A stretch of DNA of 64,000 bases from Candidatus Methanorbis basalitermitum (lineage in GTDB: Archaea > Halobacteriota > Methanomicrobia > Methanomicrobiales > Methanocorpusculaceae). The notes under the pieces were generated by a model. The model was not told where the DNA came from. It made no database searches and saw nothing but the letters and a program-made list of their open reading frames with translations. Of the stretch, positions 40,851 through 50,659 are shown piece by piece (within the stretch, counting starts at the first letter, position 1; each line of letters begins with the position of its first letter). Location of the stretch: NCBI GenBank assembly GCA_031287415.1, contig JAITSY010000026.1, positions 3,503 through 67,502 of the forward strand, given 5' to 3'. Position numbers and translations under genes: made by a program.

Positions 40851-42182
40851 ATGAAGATTGAGATAATCCATTCCACCATCGATATTGCCGGGACCAACAT
40901 CCGTACTGCCATGGACAGCCTAATCCAAACACCCCCTACGGGGGGATGGCCACTTTTTACTAAAAATACCGTGACCTTTCGGGAATGTCCGGATCGCATC
41001 ATCAATGCAACAGATGCCATCACTGATCCTGATGCAGAGCTGATCATCTTCCTCGCTCGTCATGCAAGCGTCAATCCGGTTCCAGTGCTGACGGTGCATC
41101 CTGCGGGCAACTTCGCTACCGCAGACTTGGGCGGAAACCCTCGCGAACTTGGCACTGCCGCACCTTTGTGGATGCGTGCGGTTCTCCGCAATCAGCAGAA
41201 GTATGTTCCGGAGGGATTCCGCGTTTCGTACGAGATTACCCATCATGGTCCCACAAATATCCATGCCCCGTACTTCTTCGTCGAAGTCGGCAGTACGGAA
41301 ATCGAATGGCGCAATGAACAGGCAGCCCACGCCGCAGCAAAAAGTATTTTGATGGCCGACCCGGGAAATGACAAAATCATCCCCCTGATCAGCTTTGGCG
41401 GGACCCATTATGCAGTGAGGCAGACCGCAATCGCTTTAGAAACACAAGGAGCCTTTGGCCACATGATGCATACCAGGAACATCGGGGATGCGGACGCGGG
41501 TATGGTCCGGCAGATGATCGAAAAAAGCGGTGCCATTGTCGCACACATCGATAAAAAGGCCATGTCCAGGCTGGAAGCCACACACATAGAGGGAGTGCTG
41601 CGCGAACTAGGTATCTCTGAAGTGACAGAAGGGGATCTCCACCGGATCGGGGCCCTACCATGGAACGTTTGGACCGCGTTTGCTGCGTTTGCCAAAGATA
41701 TAGATCCTACAGCAAAACTGTTTCCTCACGGAAAGATTGGCGGGAGTGAACCTGCCTCAATAGTTCTGCCCAAGGATCTCTTCTGTGAGGCGTTCGACGG
41801 CAACGAAGCAGAACTTTTTGTCGCACTTGATCGGATCGGCGGGGTATTTCATGCAACCGACAGGAATGGGAGGGTTCTCCCGGTCTTGCTGACAACGTCT
41901 GACAGGCGGCATGAGATAGCAGGTGATTTAATAGCTTTATCAATCCAACAAATAATATATACACAGGGTGCCGCAGTGGAAGGTGATCGGATCATCATAA
42001 CCCGTCGGCAGTTTGATGCCCGACTCGCACGCACGCAGGGCGTCCTGTCTGGTCCGTTGTTTGGAAAACTTGCCGCAGGTGAATCTGTGACGCTTCCAGA
42101 CGGCAGAACGGTCACACCGGAGATGGTGACAAAAACGGTCCAGTCCACCATCCATATCCCGGGATTGGAGAATTACTCATGA
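40851..42182 (+). CDS. dtdA: D-aminoacyl-tRNA deacylase (archaeal DTD2) with C-terminal extension
   Basis: [38 protein letters not shown]. Confidence 0.92.
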   Translation: MKIEIIHSTIDIAGTNIRTAMDSLIQTPPTGGWPLFTKNTVTFRECPDRIINATDAITDPDAELIIFLARHASVNPVPVLTVHPAGNFATADLGGNPRELGTAAPLWMRAVLRNQQKYVPEGFRVSYEITHHGPTNIHAPYFFVEVGSTEIEWRNEQAAHAAAKSILMADPGNDKIIPLISFGGTHYAVRQTAIALETQGAFGHMMHTRNIGDADAGMVRQMIEKSGAIVAHIDKKAMSRLEATHIEGVLRELGISEVTEGDLHRIGALPWNVWTAFAAFAKDIDPTAKLFPHGKIGGSEPASIVLPKDLFCEAFDGNEAELFVALDRIGGVFHATDRNGRVLPVLLTTSDRRHEIAGDLIALSIQQIIYTQGAAVEGDRIIITRRQFDARLARTQGVLSGPLFGKLAAGESVTLPDGRTVTPEMVTKTVQSTIHIPGLENYS

Positions 42183-43474
42183 GATCAATCGTAGAAGAAG
42201 CACTATCACGCAAGCGATTTGCAGAGACTGCACGCGACAACAACGCAGTCTCCGCCATATATGACGCAGAGGATGAAGTAGAACTCACCCCCCACCGCAG
42301 TGAACAGGCAGATTCAGAACACACCCCGGAGTCGATCAGCGTTGCTATTCCGGCCTCAAAACAGAAAATCGATTTTTCCAGCCAGTACAAATACACACCA
42401 CCGGCACAAGATCACATGGATGACGATGGCGAATTTGATGACATTCTTGAATCGCTGAAAACGAAAATCACCGTCGTCGGCTGCGGCGGTGGAGGGTCAA
42501 ACACGGTTGCCCGCATCTTTGACGAAGGTGTTGAGGGTGCGGAGATCTACGCACTGAACACCGATGCTCAGCACCTCTCGATGCTCCGCGGCCGTGTTGG
42601 CAAGCGGATTCTGATCGGACGCCAGACGACGAAGGGACTTGGTGCAGGTGCAATGCCGCAACGCGGTGAGGAGGCCGCACTGGAGAGCGAGGACATGATC
42701 CGCCAGGCTATCGGCGGATCGAATATGGTGTTTGTGACGGCTGGTCTTGGCGGCGGTACAGGAACTGGCAGCGCACCGATTGTTGCAAAAATTGCAAAAG
42801 AGGTCGGTGCCCTGACAATTGCAGTTGTTACACTCCCATTTACCAGTGAAAGTGCTACCCGCATGGAAAATGCGGAGATCGGTCTTGAACGGCTTCGCGA
42901 GGTCGCGGATACGGTGATCGTTATTCCAAACGATCGGATATTGGAGGTTGTTCCTCGTCTGCCACTCTCCCAGGCATTCAAAGTTGCTGATGAAGTACTC
43001 ATGCGCGCGGTGAAGGGCATCACAGAACTGATTACCCTGCCGGGTCTGGTGAACCTTGACTTTGCGGATGTCCGCACTGTCATGGAACAGGGGGGGATTG
43101 CAATGATCGGTATGGGCGAGTCCGACAGCGAGGACAAGGCAACTGATTCGATTAAGAAGGCCCTGCGTTCCCCGTTGCTGGATGTTGATATCACCGGTGC
43201 GACTGCAGCACTCATCAATGTTATTGGCGGTCCCGACATGACGATGTTTGAAGCCGAGGGTGTAGTGCAGGAGGTTTATCAGCGGATAGACCCGGGCGCA
43301 CGGATTATCTGGGGAGTTCAAGTTGATCCGGAGATGGAAGGCCGCATGCGCACGATGCTTATCGTGACGGGTGTGCAGTCCCCACAAATTTATGGTAAAC
43401 AGGAGCAAACATATATGGCGCAACAATCAAATTTGGTCCAGAAATCCAAGTTCGAGATTGACTTCCTGAGGTGA
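42179..43474 (+). CDS. ftsZ: Cell division protein FtsZ
   Basis: [30 protein letters not shown]. Confidence 0.98.
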   Translation: MRSIVEEALSRKRFAETARDNNAVSAIYDAEDEVELTPHRSEQADSEHTPESISVAIPASKQKIDFSSQYKYTPPAQDHMDDDGEFDDILESLKTKITVVGCGGGGSNTVARIFDEGVEGAEIYALNTDAQHLSMLRGRVGKRILIGRQTTKGLGAGAMPQRGEEAALESEDMIRQAIGGSNMVFVTAGLGGGTGTGSAPIVAKIAKEVGALTIAVVTLPFTSESATRMENAEIGLERLREVADTVIVIPNDRILEVVPRLPLSQAFKVADEVLMRAVKGITELITLPGLVNLDFADVRTVMEQGGIAMIGMGESDSEDKATDSIKKALRSPLLDVDITGATAALINVIGGPDMTMFEAEGVVQEVYQRIDPGARIIWGVQVDPEMEGRMRTMLIVTGVQSPQIYGKQEQTYMAQQSNLVQKSKFEIDFLR

Positions 43475-43734
43475 ATATATTGGCAGCAGATGAAAAAAAT
43501 ACTAAAAAAAAGGCAGCTTTTTCGCCTATAAATGCAAAGATACCGAGGGATTCCCAACAGAGCATCTCTGAGTTCTTCCACAAATATTTGCGTGTGTTAA
43601 AACTTGCGCGCAGACCATCAAAGGATGAATTTTTCAAGATCTCGGCGGTTGCTGCAGCAGGTATTGCAATCATCGGGATTCTCGGTTTTGGCATATATCT
43701 GGTGTACCACTATCTACTCCTATCTCTCCTATAA
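43471..43734 (+). CDS. secE: Protein translocase SecE/Sec61-gamma
   Basis: [16 protein letters not shown] plus a TM helix. Confidence 0.92.
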   Translation: MNILAADEKNTKKKAAFSPINAKIPRDSQQSISEFFHKYLRVLKLARRPSKDEFFKISAVAAAGIAIIGILGFGIYLVYHYLLLSLL

Positions 43735-43742
43735 GTGGGACC

Positions 43743-44219
43743 ATGACTGATTCAGAGTTTGGTAACAACTACTACATAATCAAGACGACGTCCAAGCACG
43801 AGCGGACAGTTGCAGATAATATCCGCGAGGCTGTTGTGAATAACATGGTGGACGTTGTCGTAACAGCAGTAGTGGTGCCGGAGGACATTAAGGGGTATGT
43901 TTTTGTGGAAAGTCCCGAGGAGCATGCACGTATTGAGGAGCTGGTGGAGACGATTGCGCACGCACGGGTTGTTTTAAAAAACGAGACGTCATTGGAGGAG
44001 ATCAAGCATTTCCTTGTACCAAAGCCTGCGGTCTCGGGTATTGAGGAAGGTACGATTGTTGAGCTGATTGCAGGGCCTTTCAAGGGTGAGAAAGCAGTGG
44101 TCAAGCGCGTGGATCATACGAAGGAAGAAGTCACCGTTGAGCTGTATGAATCAATTGTGCCAATTCCGATTACTGTGCGCGGCGACAATGTGCGCGTGAT
44201 AGAGCGCAACCACGAGTGA
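43743..44219 (+). CDS. spt5: Transcription elongation factor Spt5
   Basis: KGYVFVE, GPFKGEKA KOW motif. Confidence 0.96.
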   Translation: MTDSEFGNNYYIIKTTSKHERTVADNIREAVVNNMVDVVVTAVVVPEDIKGYVFVESPEEHARIEELVETIAHARVVLKNETSLEEIKHFLVPKPAVSGIEEGTIVELIAGPFKGEKAVVKRVDHTKEEVTVELYESIVPIPITVRGDNVRVIERNHE

Positions 44220-44338
44220 TTCTCCTCTTTTTTTGGAATTGTTACAACCAAGCCCATTAGATTTATGTTGTCATACGTCGACGTTACTAAACCAATGTTA
44301 GGCGAGTCTTTGACTTTGCGCTGACATACGGTGATACA

Positions 44339-44812
44339 ATGGCAGAAACTGTCGAGGTACTGATACCCGGCGGCAGAGCAACTGCAGGACCACCACTTGG
44401 TCCAGCCCTGGGTCCCCTTGGGATCAACGTGAAGGCAGTCGTTGATGACATAAACAAAAAGACTGCCGAGTTCAATGGCATGTCTGTTCCGGTTACGGTT
44501 ACAGTCGATGACAAGAAAAACGTCACGTTAACAGTCGGGATTCCTCCAACAACCGCACTTGTTATGAAAGAAGCGGGTGTTGAGAAGGGATCCGGCACCC
44601 CGAATACTCAGGCAGTTGGTAATCTGCCGCTTGAAGCTGTCATTCGCATTGCAAAAATGAAGATGGGGAGTATGCTTTCCTACGACCTCAAGAATGCGGT
44701 CATGGAAGTCATAGGCACCTGTGTCTCTGTTGGTATAACCATCGACGGCAAGACGGCAAAAGCCGCAATTGCCGCAGTCAATGCGGGCGAGTACGACGCA
44801 CAACTTGCATAA
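44339..44812 (+). CDS. rpl11: 50S ribosomal protein L11
   Basis: GGRATAGPPLGPALGPLG. Confidence 0.98.
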   Translation: MAETVEVLIPGGRATAGPPLGPALGPLGINVKAVVDDINKKTAEFNGMSVPVTVTVDDKKNVTLTVGIPPTTALVMKEAGVEKGSGTPNTQAVGNLPLEAVIRIAKMKMGSMLSYDLKNAVMEVIGTCVSVGITIDGKTAKAAIAAVNAGEYDAQLA

Positions 44813-44885
44813 AGTCAGTGTGATGCTTCAAACGGGCAGCGGAGTGAAATATTCTCCGCGAAAAATGTACAGTTGTAGAGAACAA

Positions 44886-44926
44886 CCATAGGAGATCTGT
44901 TTGGAAAAACCGGTCGAAAACTATGG
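44886..44926 (+). promoter_or_regulatory. Putative L1-binding mRNA leader structure
   Basis: ccatag-GAG...GAAAA-ctatgg stem with asymmetric loop, overlapping the RBS ggagg. Confidence 0.6.
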
Positions 44927-44939
44927 AGGCTTCATCATA

Positions 44940-45581
44940 ATGGTTGAAAAGACCCAAATTATCAGCGCTGTTGCGGCAGCAATGGAGCAAGCGCCCAAAA
45001 GAAAGTTCCGGGAGAGTATCGATATTACTATCAACCTCAAGCATGTGGACATGGCGCAGCCCAAAAACCGTATTGATGAGACGATTCTTCTGCCACAGGC
45101 AATAGGCGTCAAAAAGATCGCAGTCTTGGGTAAGGGAGATATTGTTTCCCAGGCTCGTAACGCAGATGTCGATATTATTATCGGTCCTGAAGAAATTGAG
45201 CGCTTGGGAGGTGCCCCGCGTGAGGCACGCAAACTCGCAGGTCAGTATGACTACTTCCTTGCAGAGACTGCGGTCATGCCGCTTGTTGGTCGCTGGCTTG
45301 GTCAAAGACTCGGTCCCCGCGGTAAGATGCCACAGCCGATTTCAATGGGCCAGAACATTACACCGATCGTTGAACGTCTTCAAAACTCTGTGAAGGTGCG
45401 ATCTAAGGACAGACTAAACATGTCTGTCAAGATCGGCACCACGGCGATGGCTGTGGAGGCAGTTGCTGAAAACATAGATGCGGTCTTAAAGAGAGTGCTC
45501 GGAAGACTCGAAAACGGCGAACTAAACATTCGTTCCGTCTATGTCAAGACTACGATGGGTCCCGCTGTGAAGGTGATGTAG
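44940..45581 (+). CDS. rpl1: 50S ribosomal protein L1
   Basis: RKFRESIDI, LGPRGKMP, VKTTMGP. Confidence 0.97.
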   Translation: MVEKTQIISAVAAAMEQAPKRKFRESIDITINLKHVDMAQPKNRIDETILLPQAIGVKKIAVLGKGDIVSQARNADVDIIIGPEEIERLGGAPREARKLAGQYDYFLAETAVMPLVGRWLGQRLGPRGKMPQPISMGQNITPIVERLQNSVKVRSKDRLNMSVKIGTTAMAVEAVAENIDAVLKRVLGRLENGELNIRSVYVKTTMGPAVKVM

Positions 45582-45583
45582 AC

Positions 45584-46429
45584 ATGGCAACTTATACCCA
45601 CCACCTTCCTGCGTGGAAACGTGAAGAAGTTGAAGGAATTGTGGAGAACGCAGGCAGGCATGAGCTTGTCGGCCTGGTTAATATCTACGGTATTCCCGCA
45701 AGACAGTTCCAACAGATTCGCAGGAATCTGCACGGCAGTGCAATTGTGAAAGTTGCAAGAAACACGCTTGTTGAGCATGCATTCAATGAGCTTGGCGGCT
45801 ATTTCATAAATCTGAACAGCCACGTGAGTAAGTACTCTGCACTTATCTTCGCCGACGGCAATCCGTTCAAGCTGTTCAAGGCTCTTGAGCAGACGAAAAC
45901 GAAGCGCGCTGCAAAGGCAGGTGAGATCACTCCCGAGGATATTGTTGTTCTCGCAGGACCTACGTCTTTCAAGCCAGGCCCGATCGTCGGAGAGCTGCAA
46001 CAGGCAGGCATCCCAGCAGCTATTGACGGTGGCAAGGTCAAAATTAAGGAGACCAAGACGGTTGTAAAGGCAGATCAGGCTGTCAACAAGAAACAGGCCA
46101 ATGTTCTGGCAAAACTTGATATCAAGCCGATGCCAGTTGGTCTGTCACTTCTTGCCGTCTGCTACGAAGGCGAGATTTATCTACCGGACGTCCTCGGTGT
46201 TGATGAAGAAGCATACAAGGCACAGATCATTCTTGCAGCCCTGCAGGGATTCAACCTTGCAATCAATGCTGCAATTCCGACCTCATGCCCGCAGGTGACT
46301 GAGGCTCAGATTGCAAAGGCCGTCCGTGAGGCACGCAACCTTGGCGTGGAGACTCCTATCTACGAGCCGGGTGTCATCGAGATGATCATCAGCAAGGCAT
46401 ATAGACAAGCAAACGCCCTGAAGGCATAA
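45584..46429 (+). CDS. rpl10: 50S ribosomal protein L10/P0
   Basis: [26 protein letters not shown]. Confidence 0.96.
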   Translation: MATYTHHLPAWKREEVEGIVENAGRHELVGLVNIYGIPARQFQQIRRNLHGSAIVKVARNTLVEHAFNELGGYFINLNSHVSKYSALIFADGNPFKLFKALEQTKTKRAAKAGEITPEDIVVLAGPTSFKPGPIVGELQQAGIPAAIDGGKVKIKETKTVVKADQAVNKKQANVLAKLDIKPMPVGLSLLAVCYEGEIYLPDVLGVDEEAYKAQIILAALQGFNLAINAAIPTSCPQVTEAQIAKAVREARNLGVETPIYEPGVIEMIISKAYRQANALKA

Positions 46430-46442
46430 GCCAGCACAGCAA

Positions 46443-46499
46443 AGCTGTGTTGCGTTGCAGGGCGAACACACGGTAAAACCATGCGTTTGCCATGCAACT
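46443..46499 (+). repeat. Repeat family B-related element between rpl10 and rpl12
   Basis: gcgttgcagggc...ttgccatgcaact right end. Confidence 0.65.
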
Positions 46500-46526
46500 T
46501 TATCATACAAAATAGGTGAAGGTAAC

Positions 46527-46841
46527 ATGGAGTATATTTATGCAGCTCTATTAGTTCACTCCGCAGGAAAGACTGTGGATGAAGAATCGGTTAAGGCAGT
46601 TCTCTCTGCCGCAGGTATCGCAGTTGACGACTTCCGGGTAAAGGCCCTTATCGCAGCACTTGACGGTGTTGACATCGAGGGGGCAATCTCCAAGGCAACA
46701 GTAGCCCCAATTGCAGTTGCAGCAGCAGGTGCATCGGCACCGGCAGTAACCGTTGCAGTAGAGGAGGTAGCAGCACCGGAAGAGAGCAAGGAGGAAGAGG
46801 AAGAGAACGCCATGGCAGGCCTCGGGGCACTCTTCGGATAA
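46527..46841 (+). CDS. rpl12: 50S ribosomal protein L12/P1
   Basis: MEYIYAALL...acidic tail GLGALFG. Confidence 0.97.
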   Translation: MEYIYAALLVHSAGKTVDEESVKAVLSAAGIAVDDFRVKALIAALDGVDIEGAISKATVAPIAVAAAGASAPAVTVAVEEVAAPEESKEEEEENAMAGLGALFG

Positions 46842-46957
46842 ACTCGAGTTCTCTCATACAAGAGATACTTCGACTGCCGTAGCAGTTTTTTGCGGCATTA
46901 TCTCTATTTTTCTAAAAATCTGTTGCTGCAATTCGCTTGGAGTTGTGACTTTTGCAA

Positions 46958-47096
46958 AGTTGCATGGTGGCGGGACGATTGCGCATCTGGCGGGATGTTT
47001 GTCCCGCGGCCCTGCAATGGCTGCACGTGGAACACGTGCAACCTACTGCACGCCGCCAACTGTGTCCGGCATAACCTCTATCAGAGGCATGCAACC
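46958..47096 (-). repeat. Repeat family B full-length copy
   Basis: Reverse complement ggttgcatgcctctgatagaggttatgccggacaca...tgcagggccgcgggacaaacatc...ccatgcaact. Confidence 0.88.
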
Positions 47097-47316
47097 GTAG
47101 CAGTATATTTCATGGTTATGCAAACCAGATCGCAGAAATCACCTTTGAGATCAACCGCAAAAGATCGAAACCCACATGAGGAAATACTGATGTGCTGGAA
47201 AAAAACCTGTACTGTCCAAAATCCTTATCCCGGAATGGCTCAACAATAAAATATCATCATTTTCAGCAAACACGTTTATATCCTTAAACATCAGATGATT
47301 GGGAAGTGGTGAAAAA

Positions 47317-48534
47317 GTGAAGAGAAATATCAGCGTTAAGCATCTCTCCCAAACCCCGATCGAAAAACAGAAAGTCGAACTTGTCGAACGTAAATGCATC
47401 GGCCATCCGGACAGTCTTGCAGACGGTGTTGCAGAGGCAGTTTCCCGCGCACTCTGCAAGGAATATAGGGCAGAGTGTGACGGCGGCGTTCTCCATCATA
47501 ACACAGATCAAGGCGAAGTAGTTGCAGGAGAATCCGCGCCGGCCTTCGGCGGCGGAAAGATCATTAAGCCGATCTACTTCCTTCTGACCGGAAGAGCAAC
47601 CCGCACGTTCGGAGACAAGGTCTTTGCAACCGATGCAATCGCCATTACCGCTGCGCGCGAGTATCTCAAGACCACGATCCCGACCATCAATATGGACCGC
47701 GACATCATCGTCGACTGCCGCATGGGTTCCGGCTCCACCGATCTCTGTGAGGTGTTCAGTACGAAAAAAGGACACACTGCGATTCCACGTGCAAATGATA
47801 CTTCCTTTGGCGTCGGTCACGCACCATTTTCCCAGGTTGAGAAAGTTGTTCTTGGTCTTGACGACTACATCGCTCGGGAATTTCGCCCCAAGAATCCGAT
47901 GCTCGGCTATGACATCAAGCTGATGGGTCTTCGCGAGATCAACACTATAACGATAACCGTTGCAGCTGCAATAATTGATCGCCACTGCTCTGGCATCTCT
48001 GACTACGTTGAGATGAAGGAAAAGATGGAGGAGTCCTTCACAAAGGTGGCCAAGAAGTACACCGACCGTAAAGTCAAAGTTGCGATCAACACCGCAGATA
48101 TCATCCGAAAGAAGACGAACTCGGTATTCCTGACAGTGAACGGAACATCTGCCGAGATGGGTGATGATGGATCCGTGGGACGCGGCAACCGTTGCAATGG
48201 TCTGATCACGCCGAATCGTCCGATGTCGATGGAGGCAACATCCGGAAAGAACCCGATCAATCACATCGGCAAGATTTACAACCTGCTTGCAACCGAGATT
48301 GCCCGTGGGGCTTGCCAGAAAGTTGACGGCATTGAGGAGATGTATGTCCGCCTGCTGTCTCAAATCGGCCATCCTATCGATTATCCCCTTATTGCAAGTG
48401 TGCAGTGCGTCACCAAGCGTGGTTATGATTTCAGGGGGTATCAGTCTGAGGTTGAGGACATCGTCAACCATCACCTCGAAAACATCACAGACATCACCCG
48501 CCAAGTAATCGATGGCAAATTAAAGACCTTCTAA
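47317..48534 (+). CDS. mat: Archaeal S-adenosylmethionine synthetase
   Basis: VERKCIGHPDS, HHNTD, ANDTSFG, GTSAEMGDDG, GKNPINHIGKIYN. Confidence 0.96.
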   Translation: MKRNISVKHLSQTPIEKQKVELVERKCIGHPDSLADGVAEAVSRALCKEYRAECDGGVLHHNTDQGEVVAGESAPAFGGGKIIKPIYFLLTGRATRTFGDKVFATDAIAITAAREYLKTTIPTINMDRDIIVDCRMGSGSTDLCEVFSTKKGHTAIPRANDTSFGVGHAPFSQVEKVVLGLDDYIAREFRPKNPMLGYDIKLMGLREINTITITVAAAIIDRHCSGISDYVEMKEKMEESFTKVAKKYTDRKVKVAINTADIIRKKTNSVFLTVNGTSAEMGDDGSVGRGNRCNGLITPNRPMSMEATSGKNPINHIGKIYNLLATEIARGACQKVDGIEEMYVRLLSQIGHPIDYPLIASVQCVTKRGYDFRGYQSEVEDIVNHHLENITDITRQVIDGKLKTF

Positions 48535-48548
48535 AGCAGGCCTAACTC

Positions 48549-49352
48549 ATCCAAAATCCGGCTTGCCATCCCAAACAAGGGGACGGATTGGATCCTTCAA
48601 TGATCTGATGCACAAGTCGGGTATTCAGCTTCTGATGAGTAAGCCAACCTGCTGATAGCAAAGACAGTGGATCCGCAGATCGAGGTGCTGTTTGTCAGAC
48701 TGATTGATATCCGCGAGTAACGTGGCAAAGGATGTTGCTGACATTGGGTTATCGGTGATGATATGGTTGTGCGGAGCGCAATGTAGACGTGTGGAGGTAC
48801 TGCAGTATCAGACGTTCGGATCTACGCGGCTTGTTCTTGCGATTCCAGAGAAGTCGCCGGTTCGTTCTCTTGTGGATCTGAATGGTCTGCGGGTGGCAAC
48901 GGAATTTCCTGGCATCTGTCAGAGGTTCTTTGCGGATACCGGGGTTGATGTGACGCAGATTGAAGTGAGTGGTACATGCAAGGCCGCACCGCAGCTTGGT
49001 GTTGCGGGTGCAATTGTGGATCTGACATCGCCATGGGTGATGCTTGAAATCAACAAATTGCGGGTTGTGTAAAAGAGTCTCGCAAGTATACAACGAATGT
49101 GATCACAAGCCGCACGACACTCCGCAGCAAACACGAAAATATAGCGGAGATTCAGCTTGCGTCAGAGAGTGTGATTTCGGCAAGAGACCAGTGCTATCTA
49201 ATGCTGATTGTTAATTGGGGTGATGATGTCTGCAGCCAGATTTCGGGTCTTGACGACCCGACAATTATGGAGATTGCCGAGGATCAAACTCTTTGGCGAT
49301 GCATGTAGTAATCCAAAAATGGAGAGTGTATCGGTTGATCAGTATGCTAAAG
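48549..49352 (+). pseudogene. hisG: ATP phosphoribosyltransferase, frameshifted and 3'-truncated
   Basis: IRLAIPNKG, VLFVR..DI, FGSTRLVLAIP, RVATEFP, VSGTC.AAPQLGVA.AIVDLTS, ESVISARDQCYLM, GL..PTIM in several frames. Confidence 0.9.
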
Positions 49353-49353
49353 C

Positions 49354-49409
49354 GCAGTGCTGCACGGGGAACACGTGTAACGCTGCAAGCATTCCGCTGC
49401 CATGCAACT
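49354..49409 (+). repeat. Repeat family B partial copy at the hisG truncation point
   Basis: acgctgcaagcattccgctgccatgcaact matches the 55442-55522 copy. Confidence 0.82.
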
Positions 49410-49427
49410 ATCAAAAAATTCTAATAA

Positions 49428-50399
49428 TCAGACGCGATCGGCCGCCGCAGCAAACGCCTTTGCGCATGCCACACGCCCGAACAGCTTCAGCATCCACCTT
49501 TCCTTCCAGCCGTACGAAAAGCTCCCGCCAGACGCATGCGGATGGCCGCCACCATTGAACTGTCGCGCAATCAGATGGCTCACCGGAGCAACACTCCGCA
49601 GAGAGAATTTCCCGGTATCAAACACTAAAAGCTCCATATCGCATCCAAGTTCCCTGCGGGCTGCTGCCGCGGTTTCGCTCGGATATCCGTAAGCAGGCAT
49701 GACGGCAAGCATATATTTTCCGCAGAAGAGCTTTGCATGCCTGATGCTCTTTTGTATGCAGACATCCTTGTCCCGCTCTATCTCTGCAAATATCTGCGAC
49801 ACCTCATCATCGATGAGAAAACCCTGTGCAAGCTTATCGCGGATCAGCTCAAGATTCTGCCGCTTCGACGTCACTATCCCCAGAACCGCAGATCGCGGAT
49901 CCTTATGCTCCCACAGATCATAGTCGCAGATAACGCGGGCAACCTCGACAGCTACCGCGTTTCCCACCGCAACTGCCCGGCAGACGACAGCCGCCGCACA
50001 GCAACTCACATCAACCACTAAAGACAGCACAAACGGCTGGATACGTGCCATCTCTTCCTCCGTCCACGCGTGATGATCATACCACCAAATCCTCCACCCG
50101 GCAGCATTTGCTTTGCGGATCTGATCTTCTATCCCGTTCTGGTATCCAAGATCCGAAATGATCAGCGTATCTCCCTTTCCATTGCAGCTGCCAATTTGTG
50201 CAACAAACCAGCCAAACCGGTTCACCGAAGAAAACAGCGTAAAGATTTCCCCGCCAAACACCATTCGGCAGATAGCATCCGATCCTGCCGCATCCAGATC
50301 ATTGTGTGTTAAATGCAAGATGTTCGTCGTCCTGGAGAGGATGTTCTCCCGGAGACTCTGTTTTTTTTCAGCGGTTTTATTTCGCAGATGTAGATGCAT
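49428..50399 (-). CDS. DHH family phosphoesterase
   Basis: THNDLDAAG, ISDLG, YDHH, DYDLW, GGGHPHASG. Confidence 0.9.
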   Translation of the reverse strand: MHLHLRNKTAEKKQSLRENILSRTTNILHLTHNDLDAAGSDAICRMVFGGEIFTLFSSVNRFGWFVAQIGSCNGKGDTLIISDLGYQNGIEDQIRKANAAGWRIWWYDHHAWTEEEMARIQPFVLSLVVDVSCCAAAVVCRAVAVGNAVAVEVARVICDYDLWEHKDPRSAVLGIVTSKRQNLELIRDKLAQGFLIDDEVSQIFAEIERDKDVCIQKSIRHAKLFCGKYMLAVMPAYGYPSETAAAARRELGCDMELLVFDTGKFSLRSVAPVSHLIARQFNGGGHPHASGGSFSYGWKERWMLKLFGRVACAKAFAAAADRV

Positions 50400-50493
50400 T
50401 GGTTACTATATTGCCTCTCCAGCAAGATAAGACAGCAGGATTATGAATAAATATCCTTATATAATTCTCAGACTAACGTTAATAATATTTAAT

Positions 50494-50566
50494 GCCTTTA
50501 TAGCTCAGTTGGGAGAGCGCCAGACTGAAGATCTGGTTGTCCCCGGTTCAATTCCGGGTGAAGGCA
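50494..50566 (+). tRNA. tRNA-Phe(GAA)
   Basis: gccttta/tgaaggc acceptor, ccaga-ctGAAga-tctgg, ggttcaattcc. Confidence 0.96.
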
Positions 50567-50602
50567 TGGATTTCCGAAATTATGGCAAATATCGAGGATG
50601 AT

Positions 50603-50652
50603 CTGCATGGCAACGGAACCCACCACACCACGTAAGTGGAATGCTTGCAGCT
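50603..50652 (-). repeat. Repeat family B-related partial copy at the ATPase truncation point
   Basis: Reverse complement gctgcaagcattcc...ttccgttgccatgcag. Confidence 0.65.
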
Positions 50653-50659
50653 CTGGCGA

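Noticed and set aside
42497-48504. Long antisense ORFs (42497-43426, 47284-48504 and similar elsewhere)
   Set aside because: Shadow frames of conserved genes, with no recognisable motifs
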